Source: an uncultured bacterium (lineage in GTDB: Bacteria > Babelota > Babeliae > Babelales > Babelaceae). From it: 64,000 bases of DNA. The notes beneath the pieces are model-generated. The model was not told the origin of the DNA and did no database searches. It saw nothing but the letters and a program-made list of their open reading frames with translations. The stretch covers positions 416,001 to 480,000 of the forward strand of contig OY970332.1 of the NCBI GenBank assembly GCA_963717435.1, read 5' to 3'. The position numbers and the translations under genes were made by a program. Below, one piece after another: positions 29,381 to 38,765 of the stretch (position 1 is the first letter of the stretch; every line of letters starts with the position of its first letter).

Positions 29381-29872
29381 ATGTTGAAAAAATTACTCTT
29401 ATTTGCGACAGTTTTTATTTCAGCACAAGTTTATGGTATGACTGGCAGCACTTGCTGTGAGTGCAACAAATTCTTTACTGACATAGACAAGTTTGAAAAA
29501 CACTTTGAATATACCTCAATTTGTTTCGAAAATTATGTCAAAAAAATGGAAAATCGGTTCGCTGATTGGTTTGGTCCAAACTCAAAAGAAGTGCAGGAAT
29601 TTCGACAAAATATTGAAAACTATAAGAAAGACCCTAGTCAAAAGAGGACTGGCGGTACCTGCTGCGAGTGCAACAAAAAATTTGCTGACAACGACAAATG
29701 GGCAAAACACTTTGAATACCCATCGATTTGTTCCGAAAATTATCTCAAAAGAATGGAAATTTTGATAGTAGATAATTGGGATCCAAATTCACAATATATG
29801 CGGGAGTTTCGACAAGATATTGAAAACAAAAAGAAAGCCTACAATCAACAAAAAGAAAGTAGTAAAAATTAA
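29381..29872 (+). CDS. Exported protein with two tandem C2HC zinc-finger-like repeats
   Basis: CCECNKFFTDIDKFEKHFEYTSIC and CCECNKKFADNDKWAKHFEYPSIC; 207-bp DNA repeat period. Confidence 0.75.
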   Translation: MLKKLLLFATVFISAQVYGMTGSTCCECNKFFTDIDKFEKHFEYTSICFENYVKKMENRFADWFGPNSKEVQEFRQNIENYKKDPSQKRTGGTCCECNKKFADNDKWAKHFEYPSICSENYLKRMEILIVDNWDPNSQYMREFRQDIENKKKAYNQQKESSKN

Positions 29873-29924
29873 GTAAAAAAGAGAGATTAGTAAAAAAGCA
29901 TGTTTAAAGAGGGAGTAGTAAGGC

Positions 29925-30524
29925 ATGTATTTTTCATCAAAAGGGTCAAGATTATATCTTAATCTAATTTCACGCCCTAAATATATTTGGTATTTGTTAA
30001 CGGCAAGCGTCTGTTTATTGTTTTTTTCTTGTTGGTGGGTATTTTTAAATAAGCCCTTAAATAAAATAATTAAATCACAAGCGACAATTCTTAATAATCT
30101 AAAATCTGAATCTGATAAAAACGGGGATAATGGTGCTAGCGAAAATAATATAGATAATAGCGGGCCCGTTAATAATTTTGAAAAAAGAAACTTGCAAGAA
30201 AGATTGGCCAGACTTAAGGCAGAATTTAAAAATCTTTCTGGCATAGATAATATAGTCAAAATTATAGAAGAAGCTTCAAAATCTGGGTTAAAAGTTAAAT
30301 TATTTGATTTTAAGCCGGAACTTAAAAAAACTTGGTACTCAAAATATATTTTCGAATTAGATATTATTGGAAACTTTGAGAATTTAACAAAGTTTATGGA
30401 AAAAATTAACGATCCAAAGTTTAGGTTAAAATTTTTCGATTTTGTTGCAAAACAAACTACAAATGGGTTAATAAATTTAAAAATGACAATCCAAATGTTG
30501 GACCTAAAAAATGAAAAATCTTAA
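29925..30524 (+). CDS. Type IV pilus PilO-like protein
   Basis: N-terminal TM, coiled coil, SGLKVKLF and LDIIGNFENLTKFMEKI. Confidence 0.7.
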   Translation: MYFSSKGSRLYLNLISRPKYIWYLLTASVCLLFFSCWWVFLNKPLNKIIKSQATILNNLKSESDKNGDNGASENNIDNSGPVNNFEKRNLQERLARLKAEFKNLSGIDNIVKIIEEASKSGLKVKLFDFKPELKKTWYSKYIFELDIIGNFENLTKFMEKINDPKFRLKFFDFVAKQTTNGLINLKMTIQMLDLKNEKS

Positions 30525-30753
30525 TCTTGTATTTATAATTTCGATCTTATTCTCTTTAAATTCAAAAGCATCAAATCTAAAAACAGGTCGTGATCCATTT
30601 CAATTTCAACAATATATGGCGCCAACTGGGCCGCGATATAGCATAGTCGGATATGGCAAATCTGGTGACGGAACAAGATTTGTTATTGTTAACACTGGCA
30701 TGAGGACAGAAACAATAACCGAAGATGATCCTAACTGGAGTTTATATTCTTAA
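30511..30753 (+). CDS. PilP-like small exported protein
   Basis: RDPF motif; overlaps the pilO-like gene. Confidence 0.5.
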   Translation: MKNLNLVFIISILFSLNSKASNLKTGRDPFQFQQYMAPTGPRYSIVGYGKSGDGTRFVIVNTGMRTETITEDDPNWSLYS

Positions 30754-30785
30754 ACTAAGTTAAATTAATTATGCAAAAAAAATTT

Positions 30786-30887
30786 TAAAAGAAAAAGCCC
30801 TTCAACTTAGGACAAGCTGAAGGGTTAGGGGGTGAACAACACTATGACGTATTGCTCGTTTAGGGACGTTTTAAAATTTTTTAACTG
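30786..30887 (-). ncRNA. Candidate small RNA (about 100 nt)
   Basis: Between a consensus minus-strand promoter and an intrinsic terminator, with no ORF. Confidence 0.5.
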
Positions 30888-30893
30888 CTCATG

Positions 30894-30922
30894 ATCGTAA
30901 CAGCCCAAGAACCAGTTGTCAA
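30894..30922 (-). promoter_or_regulatory. Sigma70 promoter TTGACA-17-TACGAT with extended TG
   Basis: Reverse complement reads TTGACA actggttcttgggcTGt TACGAT. Confidence 0.7.
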
Positions 30923-31082
30923 GATAAAGCAGGGTCTTATATTTTTGGTGCTGGATTACAGAGTTATTAGAGATAAAAAAGCTTAATAAATATTATTCAA
31001 ATTAAAATATTGACTTGTGGCAACCCGAAATATGAAACTCTAATTAATAAAAACTATTTAAATAAAAAAGCGAAAGCTTCTT

Positions 31083-32123
31083 ATGATGCCAGAAGTAAAA
31101 ATTAAAAGTTATATAAGCCCCAGTTATCAATTTGTTAATATGGCGCTGAGCTTCATGATCTTAATATTTTCTATGTTTTATGGAATTCAAAACGACGTTA
31201 TAACGGACGCGCAGCCTGAATTTTATCCACTTACTCCACAAAAAATTAGTGAATTTGGAGGGAATCCTGGAATAGTTAAAGTTGGCCTATCGATAAAAGA
31301 TTTTCCAGAATTTGATATGAACAAAGACAGCTTTATATTTGCAGGGCAGGTTTCATTTGAATTTGATCCCAGCTTGATATCGCTTGAAACATTGGGGAAA
31401 TTCTATTTTGAAAAGGGTGAAATTCTTTACCTGTCCGCACCAACTACCAAGCTTTTACAGGGAAAACTATTTGTTAAATATGATATACGTGTAAGATTCA
31501 CGACCAATTTAGACTATGAATATTTTCCCCTGGATAATCATAAGTTATATTTGATATTTTCAAACTTATCTTTATCCCCAAATGAAGTGATATTTGAATC
31601 TTCTTATAACAGGTTTATTATATCTGATAAAATACTAATCTCAGGGTGGATACAACCGATACGCAATGTGGTCAGTGGATACAACGTATCCTCTCTTGAT
31701 AAAGCGGACAGCACAAAAAACATATATACACCGCTCTTATTATTTTCGATGGAATATCAACGCCTGACAACCAGAAACGCTGTTACGATTTTCCTACCAC
31801 TTTTACTTTTATATTATATATCTCTGTTCTGTTTTTCTCTTGATCCTGAAAAACACTTAAGAACCATAATGTCACTAAACGGCGCAAACATAGCGGCCCT
31901 TTTGTCATACAGATTCGTTATTGAGAGCTTATCTCCAAAAGTGGGATACTTCATGCTTTCAGATTATATTTTCTTTTTGTTTTTGGGATGCTCATGCCTC
32001 ACGTTCGTTTTAGCTACTATATTTATGTATCACGGCGAACTGACAAAAAAAATATTATGTTCATTTTTACATCTTTTACTTATATCTGGAATAGTTTATC
32101 TCATGTTTGTTTGGATGGATTAA
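31083..32123 (+). CDS. Prokaryotic pentameric ligand-gated ion channel (Cys/Pro-loop receptor, GLIC/ELIC-like) with N-terminal hydrophobic helix
   Basis: VKVGLSIKDFPEFD (beta1-2), LDYEYFPLD Pro-loop, SGW, pre-M1 Arg, IFLPL (M1), LSPKVGYFMLSDY (M2-M3 loop), four C-terminal TM helices. Confidence 0.88.
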   Translation: MMPEVKIKSYISPSYQFVNMALSFMILIFSMFYGIQNDVITDAQPEFYPLTPQKISEFGGNPGIVKVGLSIKDFPEFDMNKDSFIFAGQVSFEFDPSLISLETLGKFYFEKGEILYLSAPTTKLLQGKLFVKYDIRVRFTTNLDYEYFPLDNHKLYLIFSNLSLSPNEVIFESSYNRFIISDKILISGWIQPIRNVVSGYNVSSLDKADSTKNIYTPLLLFSMEYQRLTTRNAVTIFLPLLLLYYISLFCFSLDPEKHLRTIMSLNGANIAALLSYRFVIESLSPKVGYFMLSDYIFFLFLGCSCLTFVLATIFMYHGELTKKILCSFLHLLLISGIVYLMFVWMD

Positions 32124-32139
32124 ATTGGGATCAATACAA

Positions 32140-34341
32140 ATGAAAAAAATAATATGGGCGTCTTTATTTATTACACTTGAATTAACCTCTTTTTCAACTT
32201 TGAAAAGAGCTGAAGAATATGCAAAAAAAAGAGTTGAATATCCCGACAGTGACAACCAAGATTGGACGGACCCCGATTATACTAATTTTATAAAATCCAA
32301 TAAACCAGGTTTTTTTAAAAAAATATTAAACTATTTTAAAAAAGAACAAGAATATTGGTCGCCAAAAGATTTCAATAAAAATATAGCTGAATTGACCAAA
32401 AAAAATAAAGATTCTGAAAAAACTATATATCTTGAAATAAGTGATAACGAAAAATTTATAATATTTGGAGCGCTAGGTGGCGCATATCACTCTCTTGTAA
32501 GAGATCTTAATGAGCTAGAAAGAAAACATATAATAAATAATAAACTTGAAATTATAGAAAAGCATACATATATCATATTTGTGGGTAACGCAGTCGGAAC
32601 GTCACCGTATAATATGGAAACTCTGTTTCTTATAACCAACTTAATACAAAAGAATAATGGGAAAGTAATTTATTTGGAGGGACCGCAAGAATATCGGGAA
32701 TATTGGGCCGATAAGACTTTTGGAAAAGAACTTGCGATAAAGGGCGTAATGCCGTCCAACAAAAAAGACTCTCTAAAAAATTTAATGAAAGATTATTTTT
32801 TAACTTTGCCTAACGCAATTGTTTTAAATCTGCCAAAATCTAAAGAGTCGATAATAATAAGTTTTTTGACAAACCCTGATGAAAAGATTTTTTTGAAAAA
32901 CGAAAAAAAATTAAGCCCTAAGTATCCGGTAAAACTAGAATTTCATAGCGACAGCCCAAGAAAAGATTTCCCAGAAGGTGGCGCATTCCTGATTTCTGAT
33001 AAAGATAAAAAAATATTGCAGATAGTTTCTTCTCCAACAAGATCAAATAGATATCTGTATTCTATTTTAAATGACAATTTTGCCATATTGGATATAAAAG
33101 ACGGCAAATATAATTTATTACAGATATGTGGGGAAGATTCATATTTCAAGAAAAATTTTGTCTGCCAAGAAGCAAGCAAGATGCAGGAGATCAAAAAAAA
33201 TGAAAAAATAAGCGAAGAAAAAATATCAAAAAAAGAAGAAACTAAGCAAGCCTATGCGCCGTCAAGCGGTAAAATTCTATTCGGGTCGACGATGGATATA
33301 ACAAAAAGTAATAATATTATAGCGATACCAGTAAAGCAGGGTCTCTCAGTAAAATTAAACAAGCAAAATAGTTCTGGGGGAATAGATAATAAATTAATAC
33401 AAATTATATTTTTGGATGATCAATACACTCCCCAATTGGCCAGAAAAAATATTGAAAAATTAATAAACGAAGATAAAACAAATTTAATAATCGCTCCTGT
33501 AGGATCGCCAACACTTGCTGCCTCTCTAGATTTAATAAAAGATAAAAAGATTTTAGTATTGTTTTCAAATTCTGGATCCCCGTTATTCAGGGCGCCTGAA
33601 CTTACAAACATTGTTCACTTCAGAGTATCTTATGTTGATGAAGCAAAGGCGCTAATAGCGTATATGCAACAAAAATTTTCACCAAAAAGAATCGCCTTCT
33701 TTTACCAAAACGACGAGTATGGCATACCACCTGTTGAATATTCCGCAAAAAGACTTACAGAGATGGGAGTAGATGAAAACAATATTTTGAAGATCCCCTA
33801 CTCAAGAAATGATATTAATATACAGGTTGCCATGAAAAAAATTATTGAGTTTGGGCCGGATGCTATCGGCTTTTATGCGTTGCCGTTTGTTGGCGGGGAA
33901 TTAATCAGACAAATGGGCCCAGGAAGACTGGCAAATATTAAAATGTTCGGGCTTTCCCCGATGGGCGAAGAGGGTTTTAGAAACTTACTCAAAACAAATG
34001 GACTCAAAATGATTATTTCTAACGTTGTTCCAAGTCCAGATTCATCGAAATTAGAAATAATAAAAGATTACCAAAATGATACTAAATCACAGGGGATATT
34101 AAATTATTCCAATATTTATATGCTCGAGGGATATATAGATATGTGCCTAACAATTGAAATATTAAAAAGAATATCAACAACTACTATTGACGCCGAATCT
34201 ATAATGAAAAGCGCAGAAAGTATAAAAAATTTAGAATTTAAGGGATTAACTTTAAACTTTAATCCTGAAAACAATCAATTAAATGACAAATTATGGCTTG
34301 ATACGGGAGATCCTGAATGGATAGAAATAAAAACATCTTAA
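32140..34341 (+). CDS. Exported fusion of a degenerate PPP/calcineurin-like metallophosphoesterase and a type-I (LivJ-like) periplasmic binding domain
   Basis: IIFGALGGAYHSLVRDL / IFVGNAVGTSPYNMETL / YLEGPQEY at the GDxHG / GDxVDRG / GNHE positions; GGIDNKLIQIIFLDDQYTP..IAPVGSPT..FRVSY..FFYQNDEYG; start moved to MKKIIW. Confidence 0.8.
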   Translation: MKKIIWASLFITLELTSFSTLKRAEEYAKKRVEYPDSDNQDWTDPDYTNFIKSNKPGFFKKILNYFKKEQEYWSPKDFNKNIAELTKKNKDSEKTIYLEISDNEKFIIFGALGGAYHSLVRDLNELERKHIINNKLEIIEKHTYIIFVGNAVGTSPYNMETLFLITNLIQKNNGKVIYLEGPQEYREYWADKTFGKELAIKGVMPSNKKDSLKNLMKDYFLTLPNAIVLNLPKSKESIIISFLTNPDEKIFLKNEKKLSPKYPVKLEFHSDSPRKDFPEGGAFLISDKDKKILQIVSSPTRSNRYLYSILNDNFAILDIKDGKYNLLQICGEDSYFKKNFVCQEASKMQEIKKNEKISEEKISKKEETKQAYAPSSGKILFGSTMDITKSNNIIAIPVKQGLSVKLNKQNSSGGIDNKLIQIIFLDDQYTPQLARKNIEKLINEDKTNLIIAPVGSPTLAASLDLIKDKKILVLFSNSGSPLFRAPELTNIVHFRVSYVDEAKALIAYMQQKFSPKRIAFFYQNDEYGIPPVEYSAKRLTEMGVDENNILKIPYSRNDINIQVAMKKIIEFGPDAIGFYALPFVGGELIRQMGPGRLANIKMFGLSPMGEEGFRNLLKTNGLKMIISNVVPSPDSSKLEIIKDYQNDTKSQGILNYSNIYMLEGYIDMCLTIEILKRISTTTIDAESIMKSAESIKNLEFKGLTLNFNPENNQLNDKLWLDTGDPEWIEIKTS

Positions 34342-36890
34342 AAAATTTATTTTTTTTGCCTGTTATTTTAATTTTACTACTTACAAATAAAGATAGCTTT
34401 GGATTTAAAACTATAAGTCAGGCCGAAAAATATGCCGGAAGTATAGAAGAGTTTCCCAAGCCAGATTCTGATGACTTGGTTAATCCAACATACAAAGATT
34501 TTTATGGAATGCAAACTTTAAAAAACGTTATGGGAATGCTCCCTAAATGGATGAGCAGTTTTGCAAAAAATTATATCTTACCAAAAAAACTATGGTACCC
34601 GGATGACTTTCTTGATGCGTTGCATAAAGCAACTTTCCAAAGAGAGTTAGAGGGTCTAAAACCTAACTACATAGTAAAATTCACAGCCACGCCAGAAGAT
34701 AGATTTTATATTTTTGGGCCGATTGCTGGATCATTTCATTCGTTGGTGCGGGATCTTAAAGAACTTAAAAAATTAAAAGTTTTAGATGAGTCTTTAAATA
34801 TAATCGATAAAAACAGTAAAATAATTTTTAATGGTAACGTGGTTAATGGTGCCCCATATGTGGCAGAGACCTTAAATTTGATTCTTGATTTGCTAAACAA
34901 AAACCCCCAAAATGTTTTTTACAATTTAGGGCGCGACGAATACGAAGATGACTGGATGAATTCTGATCTCAATGATGAGGTAAGAACGATTCGATCAACG
35001 GTACATCCAGAATTCGATATAATAAGAAATGCAATTTCCAGATTCTTTAAAACTTTGTCTTTGGGGATTTTTATTAACAACTCCCATGAAGAGAATAATT
35101 TTATAAGAGTCTCATATTTTGGCAGAAGTATGGAAAAACTCTCAGAAGAAAACTATCCGGATCTTTTGAAGAAAAAAGTTGCACCGGGCGAATACAAGAT
35201 TATAAAGTATTCTGAAAAAGAAAAACTTTCAGATAAAGTTAAGATTGCTGCAATAATAAAAAGCGATGAAAGACTAAACAAAGTAAATGCTAGCAATGGC
35301 ATGTATATTATGGAATCTGAAGGCGGAGCAACATCATGGGCCGTACTATCTTCTCCAAATCTGAGCTACAAAAAACTTTATCAGTTTAATTATGACGCAT
35401 TTGCAATATTAAGCGTGAAAAATGTTATATCTGAAAGTGTTATTACACTGGTGCACCAAGATGTAAGAATAACAAAGGGATTTGATCAAGATCATAATTT
35501 TAATATTCTCTCTGGACAAGAATTCAAAGAAACAACAAGCACAGAGATTAAACTTAAACCATCAATAATTTTGGGAAGTACATTAGCGTTAAGCAAAAGT
35601 ATTGCAACAATGGGCTCTGCTGTTAAAGCCGGCCTGTCGCTAAAAGAAAATCTAATAAATAAATTGGGCGGAATTAACGGCCAACAGATAGAAATAATAT
35701 TTGAAGACGACGCTTATACGCCAGATATAGCGCTGCATAACGTTAAAAAATTCATCGAAGAGTATCACACAAGTACAATAATAACGCCTATCGGGACACC
35801 GACTCTTGAGGCTTGCCTGGACATGATTAAAAAGCATGAAATCTTGGCACTTTTCCCAATCACCGGAGCTTCGATATTTAGAGATAAAAATTTAAAAAAT
35901 ATAATTAATTATAGAGCATCATATACGCAAGAAGTTAGAGCCATGATCAAGTATATTACTAGTCAAAGCTCAGCAAAAAGATTTGCTTTCTTCTATCAAA
36001 ATGACGCTTATGGTCTTGGGCCTCTAGAAGCTGCCAAAATTACGCTCAGCAAAATGGGACTAACAGATTGGGTCGATATCCCTTATACCAGAAACGAGTT
36101 TAATATAGAGTCTGCGGTTGCAAAAATAAAAGAAACAAAACCCGACGCTATAGCTCTGTTCTCAACGGGTGTTGCAACATCTGAGTTAATTAGAAGACTG
36201 GGATCAGAAAATCTTACGACAAAAGTATTGTTTACAATATCTTTTGCCGCAGATAATGCATTTAAAAGTTTTGCAAGATCAAAGGGCGTTAATATTATAT
36301 TCGCCCATGTTGTTCCTAACCCTGAAGAAAGCGATATCCCATTGGTTAAAGAATATAGAGAAGGGATTAAGAAAACTGGGGCCTTAACCAGCACATTCTC
36401 GTTAGAAAGTTATATTGCTATGAGCATATTTGCCCATGCCGCAGAAAAAATCAGCAAGAGTAATAATAAAATAACTAAAGAAAATATGATCACAGCGCTT
36501 GAAAGTATAAAAGATCTGGATCTTGATGGAATCAAATTAAACTTCGATCCTGAAAGCAGAGAACTTTCACAAACTGTTTGGCTGGATACTGGAGCATCTG
36601 AATGGTTAAAATTTGATAAATCTGATCTTCGGGATTTAGCAGAAACTGCAACGCCACAAATTACTCCGACCAAGCAAGATTTAACAGCTACAAATACAGC
36701 AACCCGAGACTTGGTTAAAACAGCGACAAAAAATGTAGCAAAACAAGATCTGGTTAAAACTGGCACGTTAACTAATTTAAAACAAACAACAACTATAATT
36801 ACTGCAACTGCCGCACAAGTTAAAGATCAAATTAACACAGGAACTTTGAAGCAAATTAAACAAGCTGATTTAAAGACAACAAAAACCTAA
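34317..36890 (+). CDS. Paralogous pseudo-metallophosphoesterase plus PBP1 fusion with Thr-rich repetitive tail
   Basis: IFGPIAGSFHSLVRDL / IFNGNVVNGAPYVAETL / NLGRDEY; GGINGQQIEIIFEDDAYTP..PIGTPT..YRASY..FFYQNDAYG; tail of KQDL.KT repeats. Confidence 0.8.
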   Translation: MDRNKNILKNLFFLPVILILLLTNKDSFGFKTISQAEKYAGSIEEFPKPDSDDLVNPTYKDFYGMQTLKNVMGMLPKWMSSFAKNYILPKKLWYPDDFLDALHKATFQRELEGLKPNYIVKFTATPEDRFYIFGPIAGSFHSLVRDLKELKKLKVLDESLNIIDKNSKIIFNGNVVNGAPYVAETLNLILDLLNKNPQNVFYNLGRDEYEDDWMNSDLNDEVRTIRSTVHPEFDIIRNAISRFFKTLSLGIFINNSHEENNFIRVSYFGRSMEKLSEENYPDLLKKKVAPGEYKIIKYSEKEKLSDKVKIAAIIKSDERLNKVNASNGMYIMESEGGATSWAVLSSPNLSYKKLYQFNYDAFAILSVKNVISESVITLVHQDVRITKGFDQDHNFNILSGQEFKETTSTEIKLKPSIILGSTLALSKSIATMGSAVKAGLSLKENLINKLGGINGQQIEIIFEDDAYTPDIALHNVKKFIEEYHTSTIITPIGTPTLEACLDMIKKHEILALFPITGASIFRDKNLKNIINYRASYTQEVRAMIKYITSQSSAKRFAFFYQNDAYGLGPLEAAKITLSKMGLTDWVDIPYTRNEFNIESAVAKIKETKPDAIALFSTGVATSELIRRLGSENLTTKVLFTISFAADNAFKSFARSKGVNIIFAHVVPNPEESDIPLVKEYREGIKKTGALTSTFSLESYIAMSIFAHAAEKISKSNNKITKENMITALESIKDLDLDGIKLNFDPESRELSQTVWLDTGASEWLKFDKSDLRDLAETATPQITPTKQDLTATNTATRDLVKTATKNVAKQDLVKTGTLTNLKQTTTIITATAAQVKDQINTGTLKQIKQADLKTTKT

Positions 36891-36904
36891 GATTTTTATT
36901 TCAG

Positions 36905-37058
36905 CCCGCTCGTCCCGAGTGTTTTTTCGCAGAAAAAATGTATCGAGGGATGACGGTTAATATTGCATAATAATTTTATATTTTTATAATCGCAAAAATG
37001 CTCATCCCTCGATACAATCACCTTCACTACGTTTCGGTGATCACTCGGGACGAGCGGG
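36905..37058. repeat. Modular palindromic element, copy F
   Basis: Right arm and spacer match copy C; left hairpin cassette differs. Confidence 0.92.
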
Positions 37059-37113
37059 ATATAAAATTATTTTTGCTTGTGAAATTTCTTAAAATTTAAA
37101 AACTCAACAGAGC

Positions 37114-38727
37114 TTAAAACAGCTCGTTAACAATTTCCTGCACAGATTTAAGCGCAACCTGGTCTTTTTGCATAGCTTTATAGAACTTTTCGTCATACTC
37201 TCGCGTGCCGACAACAACAGGCATAGCAATAGCATGCCCAAGCAGCATAACCTGCTTTTTTGTGTCCAAACTAGCAAGTATCGTTCTTAAATATTGCGCA
37301 TTAGAAACACCAGTTAATATCGCCTGAATATCTTTTTCGTCACTAAGTTGCGCAATAATTTTTGTCCCGATTTGTGACAATATTTCTGGATCAATTCCCG
37401 ACGGTCTTTGGTCAACAACCAAGAGAGATACATAATATTTTCGCATTTCGCGCGCTATAGTGCCAAATATTGTTTGCCGAGCCGCTTGAGGATTCAAGAA
37501 CTTGTGAGCCTCTTCGATTACTATCATAAGTTTTTTTGGCTCGTCTTGTTTGTTATGTGTGCCCAAGAAATTTTCAGTTTTATTAACATATATAGTGTGA
37601 ATTCTTCTTGTGATTATATTTGCTATAAGCAGATACGTAAAAGTTGAAGAGTAATTCCCAAATTCGACAATTACAGAAATTCCGCGGTCTATATACTCCA
37701 TCATGCGGTCTATTACGTCATCGTGCTTATTATTTGCGTCTGATTCGACTGGACTAAAAAATGGCAGTCTTTCTATGCCCTTTAATTTTCTATATAAAGC
37801 AGAAATAGATTCAGCATGGGCACCAACTTCAGCAGCAAAATCTTTTAATCTGTCGCCCTGTTTCAATAGAACATCTAGCCAATCTTTTTTATATTTTGCA
37901 GAAATTAAATACGCTGCTTCGCAGGCCGTTGGGTGCAAGTTAAGCTCAGAGTGCAATGACGTTATATCATCAACGTGAATCGACCTGTATGACAAATTTA
38001 TTGTAAAATCGGGCATTCCCCCGCGACGTCTTGTTGAAGCTGGATCGAGCGAGAATATAGCAACTTGATCGGGAAACAAAGTTTTTAGGCCTTTTACAAA
38101 ATTTTGCGAGCCCTCTTTTCTTGCTTGCAGGCCATATTCGCTGTGCATATCAAATATCAAGTTAACGGCTTTATTATTTTTAATTAATCCTGCAAGAACT
38201 AGTCTTGTTAAAAAAGTTTTACCTGTACCAGTTTTTCCAAATATGCCGTTGGATCTGTCTGCAAGCGCCTCTAAGTTTAAGCAAACAGGTGTATCCATAT
38301 CGAGTGGACAGCCGATATTAAAATATTTTTTTGAACTATCTGCTTCGTCGCCAAATATTAAAGCAACATCGCGACTATCCGCTTCATGAACTTGTGCAAA
38401 ATGGCTGGGTATGGTTTTAACTGGCATCACATGATTTTTTTCATCAAGCATCAGCATTGGCCTGATCATTGCTGTTGCGTATATATCTTTAATCTTTAAA
38501 GCCTGATTTAGTAAAACTTCAGACTCTGTCGGGGGAAACAGCAAAATATCCGGATGCGTAACTTCTAATTTTAAATCAGTAATTAGCGAAAAAAATCTCT
38601 GCCTGTTACCGATTATCGAAACGAATTTTCCAGTTTTTACGGTCTCAAGATCCACTTGTGGGTTTATTCTCATGATAAACCCTTCAGCCAATGACCCTGC
38701 TATAACTGTGCCGATTATTTTTTTCAC
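37114..38727 (-). CDS. HerA/FtsK-family ATPase (HAS barrel plus DUF87-type P-loop domain)
   Basis: IIGTVIAGS N-terminal barrel, IFGKTGTGKT, IFDMHSEY, IVIEEAH, IAREMRKY and VDQRPS. Confidence 0.9.
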   Translation of the reverse strand: MKKIIGTVIAGSLAEGFIMRINPQVDLETVKTGKFVSIIGNRQRFFSLITDLKLEVTHPDILLFPPTESEVLLNQALKIKDIYATAMIRPMLMLDEKNHVMPVKTIPSHFAQVHEADSRDVALIFGDEADSSKKYFNIGCPLDMDTPVCLNLEALADRSNGIFGKTGTGKTFLTRLVLAGLIKNNKAVNLIFDMHSEYGLQARKEGSQNFVKGLKTLFPDQVAIFSLDPASTRRRGGMPDFTINLSYRSIHVDDITSLHSELNLHPTACEAAYLISAKYKKDWLDVLLKQGDRLKDFAAEVGAHAESISALYRKLKGIERLPFFSPVESDANNKHDDVIDRMMEYIDRGISVIVEFGNYSSTFTYLLIANIITRRIHTIYVNKTENFLGTHNKQDEPKKLMIVIEEAHKFLNPQAARQTIFGTIAREMRKYYVSLLVVDQRPSGIDPEILSQIGTKIIAQLSDEKDIQAILTGVSNAQYLRTILASLDTKKQVMLLGHAIAMPVVVGTREYDEKFYKAMQKDQVALKSVQEIVNELF

Positions 38728-38765
38728 ATTAACCCGAATTAAATTGTTAAAATTATTTTAATTAT

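Noticed and set aside
37114-38727. HerA as an anti-phage system (Sir2-HerA or nuclease-HerA type)
   Set aside because: No Sir2, nuclease or NurA partner is adjacent; the neighbours are an ankyrin gene and a repeat element, so it more likely serves a housekeeping role
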